Shown here: positions 62,901-64,000 of the stretch, piece after piece
Layout of the letters: each line of letters opens with the position of its first letter
Numbering within the stretch: the stretch's first letter is position 1
Source: Minutocellus sp. GHC0000111
Taxonomy: Eukaryota
Assembly: GCA_977018835.1 (NCBI GenBank)
Contig: OZ361260.1
Span: 3,162,001 to 3,226,000 of the forward strand
DNA length: 64,000 nucleotides
Reading direction: 5' to 3'
The notes under the pieces: model-generated
Told to the model about the DNA's origin: nothing
What the model saw: the letters and a program-made list of their open reading frames with translations, nothing else
The model's database searches: none
Program-made: the position numbers and the translations under genes

Positions 62901-63738
62901 GCATCGATTCGTATCGCTTGTTTTGAAGGGCGAGGAAGGCATCATCGCCGTCGGATGAAGGAGGAGCGTTGCTCGTAGCCGATCTAGTACTCTCGGCTGC
63001 TTTCGTCGGCGATGATTCCGCCGACGCGGTGGGACTGGAATCGGCGCTGGTAATTTCCGATGCCCTCCCCTGCTTGCTGGGGGTGCCGGGCAGACATGTT
63101 CCGATCAGACCATCCAGAGGTTCGGCTGCTGTTCCGCCTTCATTGTCGAGATCCTCCTCCTGGTCGCTCTCCTCCTTCACATCCTCCTCGTCATCACCAT
63201 AATCTTCCTCCTCCTCCTCCTCGCCATCACTCACTACAGGGGCCGAGCTGCTCACCATCCCACCATACCCAGCGATGTTGAGCTGCTTGGCCGGCTGCAC
63301 GTCGACGTCCAACCTCGTCAGCCGGCGCGTCGTCGGCGACACCCTCTGTGCCATCTGCTCTTCGGCCACCTGCAACGATCGGTTGTACTGCGACTGCATC
63401 CGTCGGATGGCCTCGAGGGACGGTCCGTATTCCTGCGGTTCTGCGGCGGCAGTGGTGGGAATATGGGCCGTGGTTGTGGCTGTGGCCGAGGGCCGTTCCG
63501 GGGTCGATACCGGCGAGGGACTGCTGCGTGGGACCGGTTCACGATCGTCCGTCTGTGCAGGTCCTTCTGTGCTCCTGGCATCTGCCTCATCTTCCGATGA
63601 CGACGACGAAGAGCAGGGGAAGTTCCGACCGGTTCCTTGGGGAACATCTGCCGGGGATCCAGGACGACGGCGGACGACATTTGGGCGGTGGTGGTGCTCA
63701 TGCTTCTTCCGTATGTTGATTTGATCTGTATCGACCAT
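59974..63738 (-). CDS. Large disordered protein with a conserved-looking C-terminal globular domain of unknown function
   Basis: 1254-aa ORF with a low-complexity body; C-terminal IFVLLLQP..FELVQL..YVGLCRP..GEILVAIP. Confidence 0.8.
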   Translation of the reverse strand: MVDTDQINIRKKHEHHHRPNVVRRRPGSPADVPQGTGRNFPCSSSSSSEDEADARSTEGPAQTDDREPVPRSSPSPVSTPERPSATATTTAHIPTTAAAEPQEYGPSLEAIRRMQSQYNRSLQVAEEQMAQRVSPTTRRLTRLDVDVQPAKQLNIAGYGGMVSSSAPVVSDGEEEEEEDYGDDEEDVKEESDQEEDLDNEGGTAAEPLDGLIGTCLPGTPSKQGRASEITSADSSPTASAESSPTKAAESTRSATSNAPPSSDGDDAFLALQNKRYESMQTLGEMAIPGSSKPLVLPAPPPIKTIEIATEAPRPTTGKGYFSFILSAASASNEAAVADRQHHHHAQEKQLLLCNGEQHQIPEEVCKEEDEDSTTSDHVVAPLSPASPDELMDVDDDDGSDCSGFSDLDIASTSSPIGADAAATTAIVPITPASRDELMDVDDYSDSDLDPDDDTTSANTNGKMNMAQGVDSGVTWRDDSKKHQVQPHQYHRTHGNIAFRAPKFFRDGPDLAAPTPAPAADVGGSSTKLSAIASPLSPDSVDSPSPSSKYTLAVMSSSTAATAAAVSSDIVKEGGDVDHDFSSPLDDPAGANSSKDGTKKGKKSWKKSLGKKLRITRKKKKADSSSSGGNSTADDTAEPSPEGYAQTSTQNQSEYGNNPYDELYSDDDEEDGLACPEDLEMPGLHAVPAATSTALVVASSSVDDEDDASYKEHQKRPDLDRFRHPEASQKKMTPFSMWYDGEEDLVVNGRGDESVLTDDEAPAEKNALALVPSPSNKSQSITKMLAAFLSRNGSKCASAAAVVYDTDDDSSDGADNNDDASVGSRVGISRPTGCLYDEEEDAYGGGRDGVMEEGTDHFLNNFMSGPLQGYMTGMDPNAVDKEVKAIGRTVHKHTSESADSPVRGMSRRQYDACGRHTTTYSTASLVEKGVDMVGAGGTTMKVYRLEGTGGGGTKANGTSESATKVSKTHVPSPADETHPPTREEVAKSKAGTGASSLQEASTAAQAARPPVAPPIPRANRKTSNSILMSSLAYSALLNEDTIYDDDDEAGPSSSALVEYNAPLRTPSSALVLFGNSNERALAVRGSTSTRNAGPAAPNTRAVTVSSESAITVVTEGLPSHAPTNKIFVLLLQPRMRLFELVQLVYYPSVATIGDLVDLIPNNATEQLLGHQAYVGLCRPNSEGSAASILTDLDLMASGAVAGGSANIFRGEILVAIPEGYSGEQCQRYAKPILANQEFSKLLARSDPLAPNTEKN

Positions 63739-64000
63739 AAAGATTCCGTTGGAGATTTATTGGCCGTTTTTTTAATGCTTTTGTGTCAAGGCGCGTCTTG
63801 TGTCGTATGCATGTGCCAGGAGAGCAGAGCCAACGAGGAGATTTCAATTCACTCCTCCTCTCTCAAGCCTCTGAGTGCAGATTGATGGGAGTATCGGGCT
63901 GTCACTTGCAGCAACTTATTTGGCCGATGGTGATGGTCTTGGTTGGGTGTCAGATAGATGATTCCTACCCTGATGAGAATCTGTGCCCTGCTGTGGAAGG

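Overview
Eukaryotic, intron-containing DNA, most likely from a diatom. The evidence is GT-AG introns, an ASAFAP-type plastid-targeting motif, a CoDi-like Ty1/copia element and diatom-type gene families. About 18 host genes are interleaved with four transposons: a disabled Sola2-like element, a complete DD39D Tc1/mariner (7261-10688), a P-element-like transposon (26101-37194, 8-bp TSD) and a full-length copia (30957-37164, 196-bp LTRs, 5-bp TSD) inserted inside the P-like element's right TIR. The host genes include delta-COP, a P450, a PPR protein, PTH2, endonuclease V, an ornithine cyclodeaminase, an isochorismatase and a PHD protein. The strongest signal is a repeat-targeted TpA->TpG/CpA hypermutation acting on both strands, which is the reverse direction to fungal RIP and CpG decay. 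It is visible in the copia ORFs, in the LTR pair and in adjacent tandem arrays, but not in the neighbouring DNA transposases or host genes. Other highlights: an 8-bp insertion in the Sola2-like ORF that exactly matches an excision footprint of the nearby mariner; intergenic clusters of TA-flanked palindromic footprints; an F-box protein carrying a fused H3-H4-like histone doublet; and a copia with a possible self-priming PBS and a Tudor-like domain. All family assignments come from motifs recognised by eye; no searches were run.
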